Below are positions 18,028 to 27,445 of a DNA stretch of 64,000 nt, piece after piece; the first letter of the stretch is position 1; every line of letters begins with the position of its first letter. The position numbers and the translations under genes were made by a program. This DNA is from Actinomycetota bacterium (lineage in GTDB: Bacteria; Actinomycetota; Acidimicrobiia; Acidimicrobiales; Ilumatobacteraceae), in NCBI GenBank assembly GCA_026393535.1, contig JAPKZY010000107.1:781-64780 (forward strand). Direction: 5' to 3'. Under the pieces are notes generated by a model. The model ran no database searches. It was not told where the DNA came from and worked only from the letters and a program-made list of their open reading frames with translations.

Positions 18028-20192
18028 TGCCGCTCGAAAGCCGAATGTCGCGCTTGGCAATTCTCGCGACCGTCGCGATGTTGCTTGGGTCATTGCTCAC
18101 TGTTCGATTGTGGTTCTTACAAGCCGTTGATGCGCCAGGTCTAGAACAGCGAGTACAAGAAGTACGAACACGAACTGTGAAATTGACATCAGAACGCGGA
18201 CGAATTTTTGACGTTAAGGGTCGAATCATGGCTGACAATGAACGACTGCTCACCATCACGCTTGATAGAGCGGTCATTGCTGGGCCGTTGGCGCGCCAGC
18301 AAATGTGGAATCGCCTGTCGGGTGCCCTCAACATGTCCGTGCAGGAATTGGAAGATCGATATGTGTCGAAGAGGTACAACCAGTTGCAACCTGTGCCATT
18401 GAAAGAAGATGTTTCCGAAGACCTAGCAATCTTCCTGCGGGAACGGTCCGAGGATTATCCGGGCATCGACATCGTGGAGAATTGGCGTCGTGAATATCCA
18501 TACGCACCGATGGCAAGTCATGTACTTGGGTTCCTCGGGGCAATACGTAAAAGCGAAACTACGTATTACAAGAATCTCGGTTATGACCCAGACGCACGTG
18601 TCGGGCAGTTTGGTGTCGAGCAAACATACGAGTCGGTGTTACGAGGTAAATCGGGATATGTGAAATACGAGGTGGATTCTCGCGGTCGAATACTTCGGTT
18701 GATTGAACGCAAAGAACCGATTCCAGGCAATGACTTGCAGTTATCAATCAACTTGGATATTCAACAATTTACAGAGCAAGCACTTCAGAATGAGTTGTTA
18801 GTGCGGCGCCGCACAGAAGCACCAACAGTGTTGTCGTTCGGACAACCAGACCCTGCGTATCCCGAAATCACGTATTACAAAGCCCCCGCTGGTTCAAGTG
18901 TTGTTCTGAATCATGAAACTGGCGAAGTTGTAGCAATGGCTAGTTATCCGAATTTCGATAACCGGTGGTTTAATGCGGGAATATCTTCGGACAAGTTTGC
19001 AGAATTGTTCCCGACAACAAAAGATCCAGACCAGTCAATCCTTGTGAATCGTGCAATTTCTGGGCGTTACAACTTGGGATCCGCTTTTAAACCTTTCGTA
19101 GCTTTTGCTGCGCTCAATAGCGGCCAATTAGCGGGTGGAACCAAATACACCCTGAAGGATGAAGGAACGTACAAACTGGAGAGCATTCCTAAAGAACGCT
19201 GCCAACTGAATGTGAAATGTATTTTCAAGAATGCTGTCTGTGGTAACGGTGCGCCATGTAAATATGGGCGCATCAATGTGGTTTCTGCACTTGCTATCTC
19301 GTCCGACGTGTTCTTCTATAAAATTGGTGAACAAATATTCACTCAACGTGGAAATAGGCCGGTGTTAGAAGAACAGGTGCGTTTGTTCGGATTTGGTTCT
19401 CCAACGGAAATAGATCTGCCATATGAATTTATAGGGACCATTCCGAGCAAGGCATTGAAACAACGTCTGGCAGCAAGTGGTGCCATCGCGAAAGATGAGG
19501 GAAAGGGTTTCTACGTCGGTGACAATGTGCAATTTGCTATTGGCCAAGGTCTCTTGTCTGCGACGCCGTTGCAATTAGCAGTGGCTTATGGCACTTTGGC
19601 AAACGGTGGGAAGGTCATGCGACCTCGCGTTGTGCATGCCATATGGGCCCCCGGTACTCCGAATGGTAAATCCGGCAGTGTAAACCTTGCTAGGGGCACT
19701 GTGTTGCAAAGTTTTGCTGAACCACAAGTAGTACGCGACCTTGATGCTCGACCTGAAATTCTAGACCCAATCGTCCGCGGGTTAACGAGAGTGGTGGAAG
19801 GTCCTGGTGTTCAATCAGACATTTATCACTCCACCACTGGGGAGAAACTTTTCCGTTCATACCCCAGCAGATCATTGCCGATAGCGGGCAAGACTGGCAC
19901 CGCACAGGGCGCGGGCAATCTTCCATGGAATGACTCATCGGTGTTCGGTGCTTTCAGCAAAGACCCAAAGCAGCCGTACTCCATCGTTGCGTACTTGGAA
20001 AAGAGCGGATACGGGTCGCGAGCAGCTGCGCCGGTCGTGAAGTGTGTGTTCACCGCGCTAGCGGGGAAAACAACAGTAACTAAAGCAGTTCCTGCAGATC
20101 CATTAGACACAGCAAGTTTTGCGGTGGCCTCGCCACAATTGCTGCCGAACCCACTGTGTTTGGTTGGCATCGGATCCTCGGTGCGTGACTAA
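18027..20192 (+). CDS. mrdA: Penicillin-binding protein 2 (elongasome transpeptidase)
   Basis: It has SxxK (GSAFKPF), an SxN-like motif (SSDVFFY) and KTGTA, with an N-terminal TM anchor. Confidence 0.9.
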   Translation: MPLESRMSRLAILATVAMLLGSLLTVRLWFLQAVDAPGLEQRVQEVRTRTVKLTSERGRIFDVKGRIMADNERLLTITLDRAVIAGPLARQQMWNRLSGALNMSVQELEDRYVSKRYNQLQPVPLKEDVSEDLAIFLRERSEDYPGIDIVENWRREYPYAPMASHVLGFLGAIRKSETTYYKNLGYDPDARVGQFGVEQTYESVLRGKSGYVKYEVDSRGRILRLIERKEPIPGNDLQLSINLDIQQFTEQALQNELLVRRRTEAPTVLSFGQPDPAYPEITYYKAPAGSSVVLNHETGEVVAMASYPNFDNRWFNAGISSDKFAELFPTTKDPDQSILVNRAISGRYNLGSAFKPFVAFAALNSGQLAGGTKYTLKDEGTYKLESIPKERCQLNVKCIFKNAVCGNGAPCKYGRINVVSALAISSDVFFYKIGEQIFTQRGNRPVLEEQVRLFGFGSPTEIDLPYEFIGTIPSKALKQRLAASGAIAKDEGKGFYVGDNVQFAIGQGLLSATPLQLAVAYGTLANGGKVMRPRVVHAIWAPGTPNGKSGSVNLARGTVLQSFAEPQVVRDLDARPEILDPIVRGLTRVVEGPGVQSDIYHSTTGEKLFRSYPSRSLPIAGKTGTAQGAGNLPWNDSSVFGAFSKDPKQPYSIVAYLEKSGYGSRAAAPVVKCVFTALAGKTTVTKAVPADPLDTASFAVASPQLLPNPLCLVGIGSSVRD

Positions 20193-21364
20193 TGAGCAGA
20201 ACAATGTTTGCACGTCGTCCTGACTCTGGTTTAGGAAACATCAAGAGAGGTTTTGCGGCACCAACTCGAAATATCGATTGGATTCTCATGTCCGCTGTTG
20301 GTGCCTTGACCATCATCGGATCTTTCATCATTTATTCAGCGACTCGAATGAAGTTAATGAATCGCGGAGTTGATCCGTATCAAGTTGTCCAACGACAAAT
20401 TGTATTTGTGATGATTGCCATCGTGGCGATGGTGGTCATTATGTGGATTGACTATGTGCAGTTGCGAGGCAATGCCGAGATGTTTTACGCCATCACCATG
20501 CTCTTATTGATTCTGGTGTTTGTTGCAGGCACGGTGAATGGTGGCGCCAGACTGTCATTCGATATCGGGCCTATCGCTGTTCAGCCGTCAGAGTTGGCAA
20601 AGGCAACGTCTCTATTATTTCTGTGTGGTTTTTTGTCTGAAGAAGATGGGGAAGATCTCGCATACGAGCGTTTCATACAAGCTCTGTTCATTATTGGTAT
20701 TCCAGTATTTCTGGTAGGTATCGAACCTGACCTCGGTTCAGCCTCGGTCTTGGTGGCAGCGGCGATGGGTGTGTTGCTTGTGGCCGGTGCGCGCATGAGA
20801 TACATCTTGTTGATTACTTCGATTGCAGTCGTCTCTGTCGTGGGTGGAGTGTTTTCTGGATTGGTCAAGGACTATCAATTACGCCGAATAACCGGTTTCC
20901 TGAACCAGAACTCTGATTCAGCCAGCTTGCAACAATTAATTTTGCAGGTGCGTTTTGCCAAGCGCGCGGTCTCCACTGGCGGATTCTTTGGCAAGGGGTA
21001 TCTGTCTGGGCCACTGACCAACGGATCATTTATCCCTGTTCAGTCGACCGACTTCATTTTTTCAGCGGTGGGAGAGCAGTTCGGGATGTTGGGTGGGGGC
21101 ATAGTACTTGGGTTATTTGGTGTAGTCCTGTGGCGGATATACCGCACAGCCCAACTCTGCCAGGACCGGCTTGGCACCTTGCTTTGCGCAGGTGTCTTCA
21201 CCATGATTTTGTGGCAAGGATTCCAGAACCTCGGTATGACAATGGGAATTACCCCCGTGTCTGGGGTCCCGTTACCATTTATGTCCTACGGTGGTTCCCA
21301 TACGGTGGCCTTTGCAATCATGATTGGCTTGGTTCAGAGCGTCCATATGCGGCGCTTCAGGTAA
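20192..21364 (+). CDS. rodA: SEDS-family peptidoglycan polymerase RodA (FtsW/RodA/SpoVE family)
   Basis: It is a polytopic membrane protein with the SEDS C-terminal signature (GVPLPFMSYGGS) and lies immediately after pbp2. Confidence 0.9.
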   Translation: MSRTMFARRPDSGLGNIKRGFAAPTRNIDWILMSAVGALTIIGSFIIYSATRMKLMNRGVDPYQVVQRQIVFVMIAIVAMVVIMWIDYVQLRGNAEMFYAITMLLLILVFVAGTVNGGARLSFDIGPIAVQPSELAKATSLLFLCGFLSEEDGEDLAYERFIQALFIIGIPVFLVGIEPDLGSASVLVAAAMGVLLVAGARMRYILLITSIAVVSVVGGVFSGLVKDYQLRRITGFLNQNSDSASLQQLILQVRFAKRAVSTGGFFGKGYLSGPLTNGSFIPVQSTDFIFSAVGEQFGMLGGGIVLGLFGVVLWRIYRTAQLCQDRLGTLLCAGVFTMILWQGFQNLGMTMGITPVSGVPLPFMSYGGSHTVAFAIMIGLVQSVHMRRFR

Positions 21365-21469
21365 CGAACGGGGCTATCCTGTTACTTGGCCGAGGATCGG
21401 TTGCGCCAGTAGTGGCAGCAGCCAGATCCGCATGGCGCGCTTGTTTGCGCGACGTGAGAAGGGAATTTC

Positions 21470-23149
21470 ATGGACACGAACGGTTCTGCCGATAAATCGA
21501 CAGACGATTACACAGATCAGCGAAGCACGCAAGGCGAGGGCCAATCAGGTCCAAAGAAACGCCGTCGTGGTTCTCGTGGCGGGAAAAATCGTACAAAGTC
21601 ACCAGATGGTGCTGCCGGCAGCGAATCTGAACCAAAGGGTCCGGGCGCGCGCCCAGCAGGCCAGATTGCTGACCCGAATCGCAAACCTCAAATTGGTGAC
21701 ACCCGTCCTTCTGCAGTGCAAGCGCCTGCTGCCAGTTCAAATGGCGAATCATCTGGCAATAAAAAGCGTCGTCGTGGCGGTCGTGGAAAATCACGGTCCG
21801 GTGGCGGACCCGTGTTGCGCGGACCAGAGGTAGACGCAGAAATCATCGAGCGTCGCAAAGGACGAGAGCGCAATGGTCGTCCCGTCGGTCGATACCAAAT
21901 GTGCGTGCAAGTTCGCGATGGAGTCACCCAGGTAGCGGTCATGGAAGGCCGCAGCCTGATGGAGCACTATGTCAGTCGCCCTGCCGATGACGTTGGCCAA
22001 ATTCACGGAAATATTTATCATGGCCGTGTACAAAACGTGTTGCCGGGTATGGAAGCAGCCTTTGTTGATATCTCAACGCCAAAGAATGCTGTTCTGTATC
22101 GCGGCGACGTGCAATACGACCCAGAAGATGTTGAAACAAAGGACACCGCTCGTATCGAGCACATCTTGCGTTCGCGTCAAATGATTTTGTGCCAAGTAAC
22201 TAAGAACCCCATTGGTGCAAAAGGCGCGCGCCTCACCCAGGAAGTGTCGCTGCCTGGTCGCTTCGTGGTGCTTATTCCTAATTCGAAGACGTACGGCATT
22301 TCAAAGCGTCTTGCTGATACAGAACGTCGTCGTCTGCGCCACATTCTTGATCGCGTGAAGCCTGCGCATCACGGCGTCATTGTGCGCACAGCCGCAGAAC
22401 ATGCAACAGAGCATGAACTCACTGCTGACATGACTCGTTTGTTGGAAGAGTGGACCAAGATTGAAGAGGCCGCTGCTAAATCAACCGGCCCGGAATTGTT
22501 GTATCGCGAACCAGAACTTGCAGTCCGAACAATTCGCGAAGAGTTCAACGCCGAATATCGCAGTGTTCTCATTGATGATTGGGCACTGTACGAAGAAGTG
22601 CACGGATATGTGTCTGCCTTTAACCCCGAACTTGCTGATCGAATTGAATTTTTCGATCGCGAAGTCGAACCCATCTCTTTGTTTGAAACGCAACATATTC
22701 ACGAGCAACTGCACAAGGCCTTAGATCGCAAGGTGTGGTTGCCATCTGGTGGTTCACTCATCATTGAGCACACAGAAGCTCTCACGGTCATCGACGTGAA
22801 CACCGGCAAAAACGTTGGTACTTCAAACCTCGAACAAACGGTATTCCAGAACAACTTGGAAGCAGCCGAAGAGGTGGCTCGTCAATTGCGTCTACGCGAC
22901 ATTGGTGGAATCATTGTTATCGACTTCATCGATATGGAGATCAAAGACAACCGCCGCAAGGTCATTGATTCGTTCCGTCAGGCCCTCAGCCGTGACAAGA
23001 CTCGTACCCAGGTGTTTGATATTTCAGAGCTGGGCCTCGTCGAAATGACTCGTAAACGAATCGGGGAGGGCCTGTCAACGGCCTTTGCCATCGAGTGTCC
23101 AGAATGTGCCGGCCTTGGCTTCAAGGTCGATTTCGGCCTTCTCGACTAA
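21470..23149 (+). CDS. rne: Ribonuclease E/G family endoribonuclease with an Arg/Lys/Gly-rich N-terminal extension
   Basis: The S1 domain is GNIYHGRVQNVLPGMEAAFVDI and the catalytic region is VIDVNTGK. The first ~130 aa are low-complexity (KKRRRGSRGGKNR, KKRRRGGRGKSRSGGG). It lies upstream of rplU-rpmA, as in actinobacteria. Confidence 0.9.
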   Translation: MDTNGSADKSTDDYTDQRSTQGEGQSGPKKRRRGSRGGKNRTKSPDGAAGSESEPKGPGARPAGQIADPNRKPQIGDTRPSAVQAPAASSNGESSGNKKRRRGGRGKSRSGGGPVLRGPEVDAEIIERRKGRERNGRPVGRYQMCVQVRDGVTQVAVMEGRSLMEHYVSRPADDVGQIHGNIYHGRVQNVLPGMEAAFVDISTPKNAVLYRGDVQYDPEDVETKDTARIEHILRSRQMILCQVTKNPIGAKGARLTQEVSLPGRFVVLIPNSKTYGISKRLADTERRRLRHILDRVKPAHHGVIVRTAAEHATEHELTADMTRLLEEWTKIEEAAAKSTGPELLYREPELAVRTIREEFNAEYRSVLIDDWALYEEVHGYVSAFNPELADRIEFFDREVEPISLFETQHIHEQLHKALDRKVWLPSGGSLIIEHTEALTVIDVNTGKNVGTSNLEQTVFQNNLEAAEEVARQLRLRDIGGIIVIDFIDMEIKDNRRKVIDSFRQALSRDKTRTQVFDISELGLVEMTRKRIGEGLSTAFAIECPECAGLGFKVDFGLLD

Positions 23150-23226
23150 GAAATTTCTCTAATCCCCCTAAAACATTGGTTCGGCGATTGTCGTAACCCC
23201 AACCCGCAGATAGGTTTAATCCCGCT

Positions 23227-23538
23227 ATGTACGCAGTAATCGCCTCAGGTGGCAAACAAGAAAAAGTCTCTCAGGGCCAAAAGGTCCAGCTTGAGCTCTT
23301 GCATGTCGAAGACGGTACCGAGGTCTCCCTCATACCCGTTCTCCTCGTTGATGGCACCACGGTGCTCTCGACTCCCGACCAGTTGAAGGGCGCATCTGTC
23401 AAAGGACGCGTCATCGGTACCGAAAAGGGAGTGAAGATCAACGGCTTCACATACAAAAAGCGCACCAACCAGCGTCGTCGCTTTGGTCACCGCCAGCAAT
23501 ATTCTCTTGTTGAAATCACATCCATCGCGAAAGGCTGA
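23227..23538 (+). CDS. rplU: 50S ribosomal protein L21
   Basis: MYAVIASGGKQEKVSQGQKV is the canonical L21 N-terminus. Confidence 0.95.
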   Translation: MYAVIASGGKQEKVSQGQKVQLELLHVEDGTEVSLIPVLLVDGTTVLSTPDQLKGASVKGRVIGTEKGVKINGFTYKKRTNQRRRFGHRQQYSLVEITSIAKG

Positions 23539-23544
23539 TCAACC

Positions 23545-23811
23545 ATGTCAAAGACTAAAGGCGGCGGTTCTACACGTAACGGCCGCGACTCAAATGCACA
23601 ACGACTTGGCGTAAAGGTGTTCGACGGAACACTCATTACAGCAGGCACAATTCTTATTCGTCAACGCGGCACTCGTACCCATCCAGGTAAGAACGTCGGC
23701 ATTGGTAAAGATGACACATTGTTCGCAATGGTGAACGGAAACGTAAAGTTCGGCGAGCGTAAAGGCCGCAAAATTGTTGACGTTCTTCCTATTGAGCCTG
23801 CTGTTGAATAA
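23545..23811 (+). CDS. rpmA: 50S ribosomal protein L27
   Basis: It contains [20 protein letters not shown]...[10 protein letters not shown]. Confidence 0.95.
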   Translation: MSKTKGGGSTRNGRDSNAQRLGVKVFDGTLITAGTILIRQRGTRTHPGKNVGIGKDDTLFAMVNGNVKFGERKGRKIVDVLPIEPAVE

Positions 23812-23831
23812 CTAAGAACTACATATTTTTC

Positions 23832-23860
23832 AAAAGGCGCACCTTCGGGTGTGCCTTTTG
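23832..23860. terminator. Intrinsic, probably bidirectional, terminator between rpmA and the convergent dGTPase-like gene
   Basis: AAAAGGCGCACC-TTCG-GGTGTGCCTTTT forms a 10-12 bp stem containing one G-U pair, a TTCG loop, a T-run on the plus strand and an A-run on the other side. Confidence 0.65.
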
Positions 23861-23872
23861 CGTTTATGGAAC

Positions 23873-24970
23873 TTAATAGTCGGACAAGAGGGTGTCGATG
23901 CCCTGTGGCAGTTTGTCAGCTGGGTAATCAAGAAGGGTGACGGCTTGGCGACATGCAAAGCGGTCGGTCATGCCGCCGACATACGTGACTGCTTCGGTAA
24001 TTGCAACGGCTGAACGAGGATCAAACGCGGTCTCTTGCCACGCTGGAAGCAACATTGGTGTCTCGATGTAGTGGTCGATGAGTGTGCGCAACATACTGAT
24101 GACGCTGTTGGCCTGTGCTTTTGATTCAGGTCGATCATAAATTCGTTCGTAATTGAATTGCCGAAAAAGCGACAACGCTTCAGCAACATCAGGAACCATT
24201 CCGATGCGACCTGTCTGTGCGGTTGCGTCGATCATGCCGGTGATGAAGGCACCCAGTTGTTCGCGCCGTGTACTGCCGCAACGTTCACGAACAAGTCGTG
24301 GTAATTGATCGGGGGTAACAATGCCTGCGTCTACTGCGTCTTCAAAGTCGTGGCACACATAGGCAATGCGATCAGCCCAACTGACGACTTCACCTTCTGC
24401 AGTTTGTGGAGCTGGTCGTGACCAACTGTGATTGCGAATTCCGTCGAGAGTTTCGACGCATAAGTTAAGAGGAACGAGAACTTTGTCTGCGCCCCATACC
24501 GCGTGGTCATAGCCGCCGTCGATGTATGGAGACAGTGCATCTTCGCTTGCGTGACCACCGGGACCGTGTCCGCAATCATGGCCAAGCGCCATTGCTTCAG
24601 TGAGCGCGACATTGAGCCGCAAGACACGCGCAACGGAAACAGCCACTTGCGCAACTTCGAGTGCATGAGTAAGTCGTGTGCGTTGATGGTCGTCTGGGAA
24701 AACAAAGACCTGAGTTTTTCCGGCAAGTCGGCGAAAGGAAGATGCGTGCAAGATGCGGTCACGGTCGCGTTCGAAACAGGTGCGGTACGGATCTGCATCT
24801 TCAGCAATTGCTCTGTGGCCAGGACCAACTGCGTGAGTAGCAAGTGGGGCAAGAGAGCCCGAGAGGGATGCTTCTCGAGTTGACCGATCAGCAATGTCTT
24901 TGGTGCCAATACCGGCCCAGGAGTCAGCGTGCGCCACGGTGATTCCCAAAGCGGCATCAAACCCCGACAT
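23873..24970 (-). CDS. Deoxyguanosinetriphosphate triphosphohydrolase-like HD-domain protein
   Basis: It contains PYRTCFERDRDRILHASSFRRLAGKTQVF, HD-domain residues (RLTHALEVAQV, GHDCGHGPGGH) and a dGTPase-like C-terminus. I chose ATG at 24970 as the start; the longer track ORF overlaps obg in antisense. The start remains uncertain because no good SD is present. Confidence 0.8.
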   Translation of the reverse strand: MSGFDAALGITVAHADSWAGIGTKDIADRSTREASLSGSLAPLATHAVGPGHRAIAEDADPYRTCFERDRDRILHASSFRRLAGKTQVFVFPDDHQRTRLTHALEVAQVAVSVARVLRLNVALTEAMALGHDCGHGPGGHASEDALSPYIDGGYDHAVWGADKVLVPLNLCVETLDGIRNHSWSRPAPQTAEGEVVSWADRIAYVCHDFEDAVDAGIVTPDQLPRLVRERCGSTRREQLGAFITGMIDATAQTGRIGMVPDVAEALSLFRQFNYERIYDRPESKAQANSVISMLRTLIDHYIETPMLLPAWQETAFDPRSAVAITEAVTYVGGMTDRFACRQAVTLLDYPADKLPQGIDTLLSDY

Positions 24971-25088
24971 GGTGGAGACCCAGGTCACGCCTCGGTCTGT
25001 TGTTGATTCTTTTTCCACGTCTCCACGATAGGTGGCTGGTGTGTCGCCGAGATGAACAACAATGCGCCAGTAGCCTTGAGACAGTCTT

Positions 25089-26339
25089 ATGAGTGTTTTT
25101 GTCGACGAAGCCCAACTGAATGTTAAAGGTGGCCAGGGCGGAGCTGGCTGTGTGGCCTTCCGTCGCGAGGGCCCAGAAGCAATGGGTGGTCCAAACGGCG
25201 GCGATGGCGGCAAGGGCGGCGATATCTGGCTTGTGGCAGATCGTAATGTTGCATCACTTTTGGCTTTTCGTGATCACCCGCATCGTCGCGCCAAAGACGG
25301 TGTCCACGGTAAGGGGAAGGACCTGCATGGTCGACGCGGTGAAGATTTGATCATTGCGGTACCCGAGGGGACTGTCGCGCGAGATATGTATACCGGTGAA
25401 GTCTTGGCAGACCTAGTGAATCACGGTGACAGGTGGATGGCGTCTCCTGGTGGTCGCGGCGGTCGCGGCAATGCAAAGTTCTTTAACAACCGTCGTCGTG
25501 AACCAACATTTGCTGAACAGGGTGAAGAAGCAACAGAGCGTTGGTTGAAGCTTGAACTGAAGTTGATGGCAGATGTTGCGTTAGTCGGTTTTCCGAATGC
25601 TGGCAAGAGCACATTCATCAGCACTGTGTCAGCTGCGAAACCAAAGATCGCTAACTACCCGTTCACCACTCTTGAACCGCATCTTGGTGTTGTCCGCATT
25701 GATGACACAACAGAGTTCATTATGGCTGATATTCCCGGCTTGATTGAGGGTGCAAGTGAAGGCCGTGGATTAGGTCATCAGTTCCTTCGACATATTGAGC
25801 GTGCGCGCGTCTTGTGTTATCTCATTGATCTTGTCGCACTTGACGGCATATCTCCCGATGAGCAACTGCGCATCCTGCAGCACGAAGTCGGGAATTATCG
25901 TCCTGACCTTCTCGAACGACCGTTCATCATTGTGGGTACAAAGACCGACAGTATTGACGCCGACACTCTTGCTGCGTGGCCACATCCGTCCATGTCTGCA
26001 ATCACCATGACTAACGTGCGAAGCATTATCGGCTCTCTCGCACAGCAAGTGAAATATGCACGTCAAGCAGAGCCCACTGTTGAAGCCACCATCATCATGC
26101 GTCCTGACACAGAACACGCATGGGTTGAGCAAATGGGGGAGAACGAATACCGCATTCATGGTCGCAATGCCGAGAGGGTTGTGGCGCTGAACGACGTGAC
26201 CACTCCAGTTGCCTTGAACTATATTGACGAAAAATTTGCCAAGCTCGGAATCCCCAAATTGCTGTCAAAAGCAGGGGTTCGAGAGGGTGACGTCGTCTGG
26301 GTTGCACAATTCAGTTTCGAATTCGTGCCAGAAGTGTGA
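25089..26339 (+). CDS. obg: GTPase Obg/CgtA
   Basis: It has the glycine-rich Obg fold (FVDEAQLNVKGGQGGAGCVAFRRE), G1 GFPNAGKST, DIPGLIEGA and a C-terminal OCT-like domain. Confidence 0.95.
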   Translation: MSVFVDEAQLNVKGGQGGAGCVAFRREGPEAMGGPNGGDGGKGGDIWLVADRNVASLLAFRDHPHRRAKDGVHGKGKDLHGRRGEDLIIAVPEGTVARDMYTGEVLADLVNHGDRWMASPGGRGGRGNAKFFNNRRREPTFAEQGEEATERWLKLELKLMADVALVGFPNAGKSTFISTVSAAKPKIANYPFTTLEPHLGVVRIDDTTEFIMADIPGLIEGASEGRGLGHQFLRHIERARVLCYLIDLVALDGISPDEQLRILQHEVGNYRPDLLERPFIIVGTKTDSIDADTLAAWPHPSMSAITMTNVRSIIGSLAQQVKYARQAEPTVEATIIMRPDTEHAWVEQMGENEYRIHGRNAERVVALNDVTTPVALNYIDEKFAKLGIPKLLSKAGVREGDVVWVAQFSFEFVPEV

Positions 26340-26349
26340 TGCTGTAGCG

Positions 26350-27441
26350 ATGCGCGTCGTCGTCAAAGTCGGAACTTCCTCCCTCACCAACACAGAGGGC
26401 CACATCAAGACTGAAGTAATTCAGCTGGTGTCACAGCAATTGGCTGCAGCGCGTGCACAGGGCCATGAGGTTCTTCTTGTTACATCAGGTGCAGTTGCGT
26501 CAGGAGTAGCCGGACTTGGTTTAGCGGAACGTCCGAACGATGTTCTTTCTCTTCAAGCTTTATCTGCAGTCGGTCAACCACAGTTGATGGCTGCATACAA
26601 CAACGCCCTTCGGGAGTTTTCGCTTGTTGGTGCACAAGTGCTTCTGGTGCCTCACGACTTTGTTGATCGTCAACAGTATTTGCACGCGCGTGACACGATT
26701 GGTCGACTTTTGGAGTTGGGTTGTATTCCCATCATCAATGAAAATGATGCAATCGCAAATAATGAAATTCGGTACGGCGATAATGATCATCTCGCAGCTC
26801 TTCTTGCCCACCTCGTGTCAGCAGACATGTTGGTGCTGCTAACGGATACCGCGGGTCTGTACACATCGGACCCACGAACAAATTCGGATGCAACAGTGAT
26901 TTCTGTAGTTGCTGCTGACGACCCTCTGCTGTCAGTGTCGGCATCGGGTGCTGGCTCTGACAGAGGTAGCGGCGGAATGGCCTCGAAGCTGGCTGCTGCG
27001 CGTATTGCATCATGGTCTGGTGTAACAGCCGTGATTGCTGCTGCCGAATCTGAATCAGCAGTTATGGCGGCGATTAATGGTGATGCAGTCGGCACACGAT
27101 TTTTACCACATGATCGTCAATTGTCTGCGCGGAAATTGTGGATTGCCTTTGCCGCAGAAGTTGAAGGTTCAATCGTTGTTGATACAGGCGCTCGTGATGC
27201 GTTGGTCTTGCGCGGTACCTCTCTGCTTCCTGCTGGAGTGACCGCAGTTACCGGCTCGTTTGACGTGGGCGCTGTTGTTGAGGTCGTTACTCAGTCGGGT
27301 GAATTACTAGCTCGTGGCCTAACGGCTATGTCGTCTGATGTTGTTGCAACAAGCATGGGCAAGCGCACAGCAGATCTTGTTGATCTTGCGGTCGTTGAAA
27401 CCGTGCATCGCGATGATCTCGTTATTCTCACCAACCAATAG
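26350..27441 (+). CDS. proB: Glutamate 5-kinase with a C-terminal PUA domain
   Basis: MRVVVKVGTSSLT from ATG 26350 is the canonical ProB start. The track start at 26224 overlaps the obg C-terminus. Confidence 0.9.
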   Translation: MRVVVKVGTSSLTNTEGHIKTEVIQLVSQQLAAARAQGHEVLLVTSGAVASGVAGLGLAERPNDVLSLQALSAVGQPQLMAAYNNALREFSLVGAQVLLVPHDFVDRQQYLHARDTIGRLLELGCIPIINENDAIANNEIRYGDNDHLAALLAHLVSADMLVLLTDTAGLYTSDPRTNSDATVISVVAADDPLLSVSASGAGSDRGSGGMASKLAAARIASWSGVTAVIAAAESESAVMAAINGDAVGTRFLPHDRQLSARKLWIAFAAEVEGSIVVDTGARDALVLRGTSLLPAGVTAVTGSFDVGAVVEVVTQSGELLARGLTAMSSDVVATSMGKRTADLVDLAVVETVHRDDLVILTNQ

Positions 27442-27445
27442 TTAG

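Noticed and set aside
21130-21833. ORFs 21130..21495 and 21324..21833 on the plus strand, bridging rodA and rne
   Set aside because: They are out of frame with the strongly supported rodA and rne genes. Their Arg/Ala-rich composition is typical of off-frame translation, and no motifs are present.
23150-23226. A possible near-leaderless promoter for rplU (TTGTCG-N17-TAGGTT ending 10 nt before the ATG, with no SD)
   Set aside because: The hexamers only loosely match consensus, and I cannot score them without a model or a TSS map. I recorded it as a thought but it is too weak to report as a feature.
24971-25213. An N-terminal 81-aa Pro-rich extension of the dGTPase-like ORF (MPPSPPFGPPIASGPSRRK...)
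   Set aside because: It overlaps the obg start region in antisense and has non-protein-like low complexity. The homologous dGTPase region begins well downstream.
26224-26349. An upstream extension of proB in the ORF track (MTKNLPSSESPNCCQKQG...)
   Set aside because: It overlaps the conserved C-terminal domain of obg in another frame. The canonical ProB N-terminus, MRVVVKVGTSSLT, starts at 26350.
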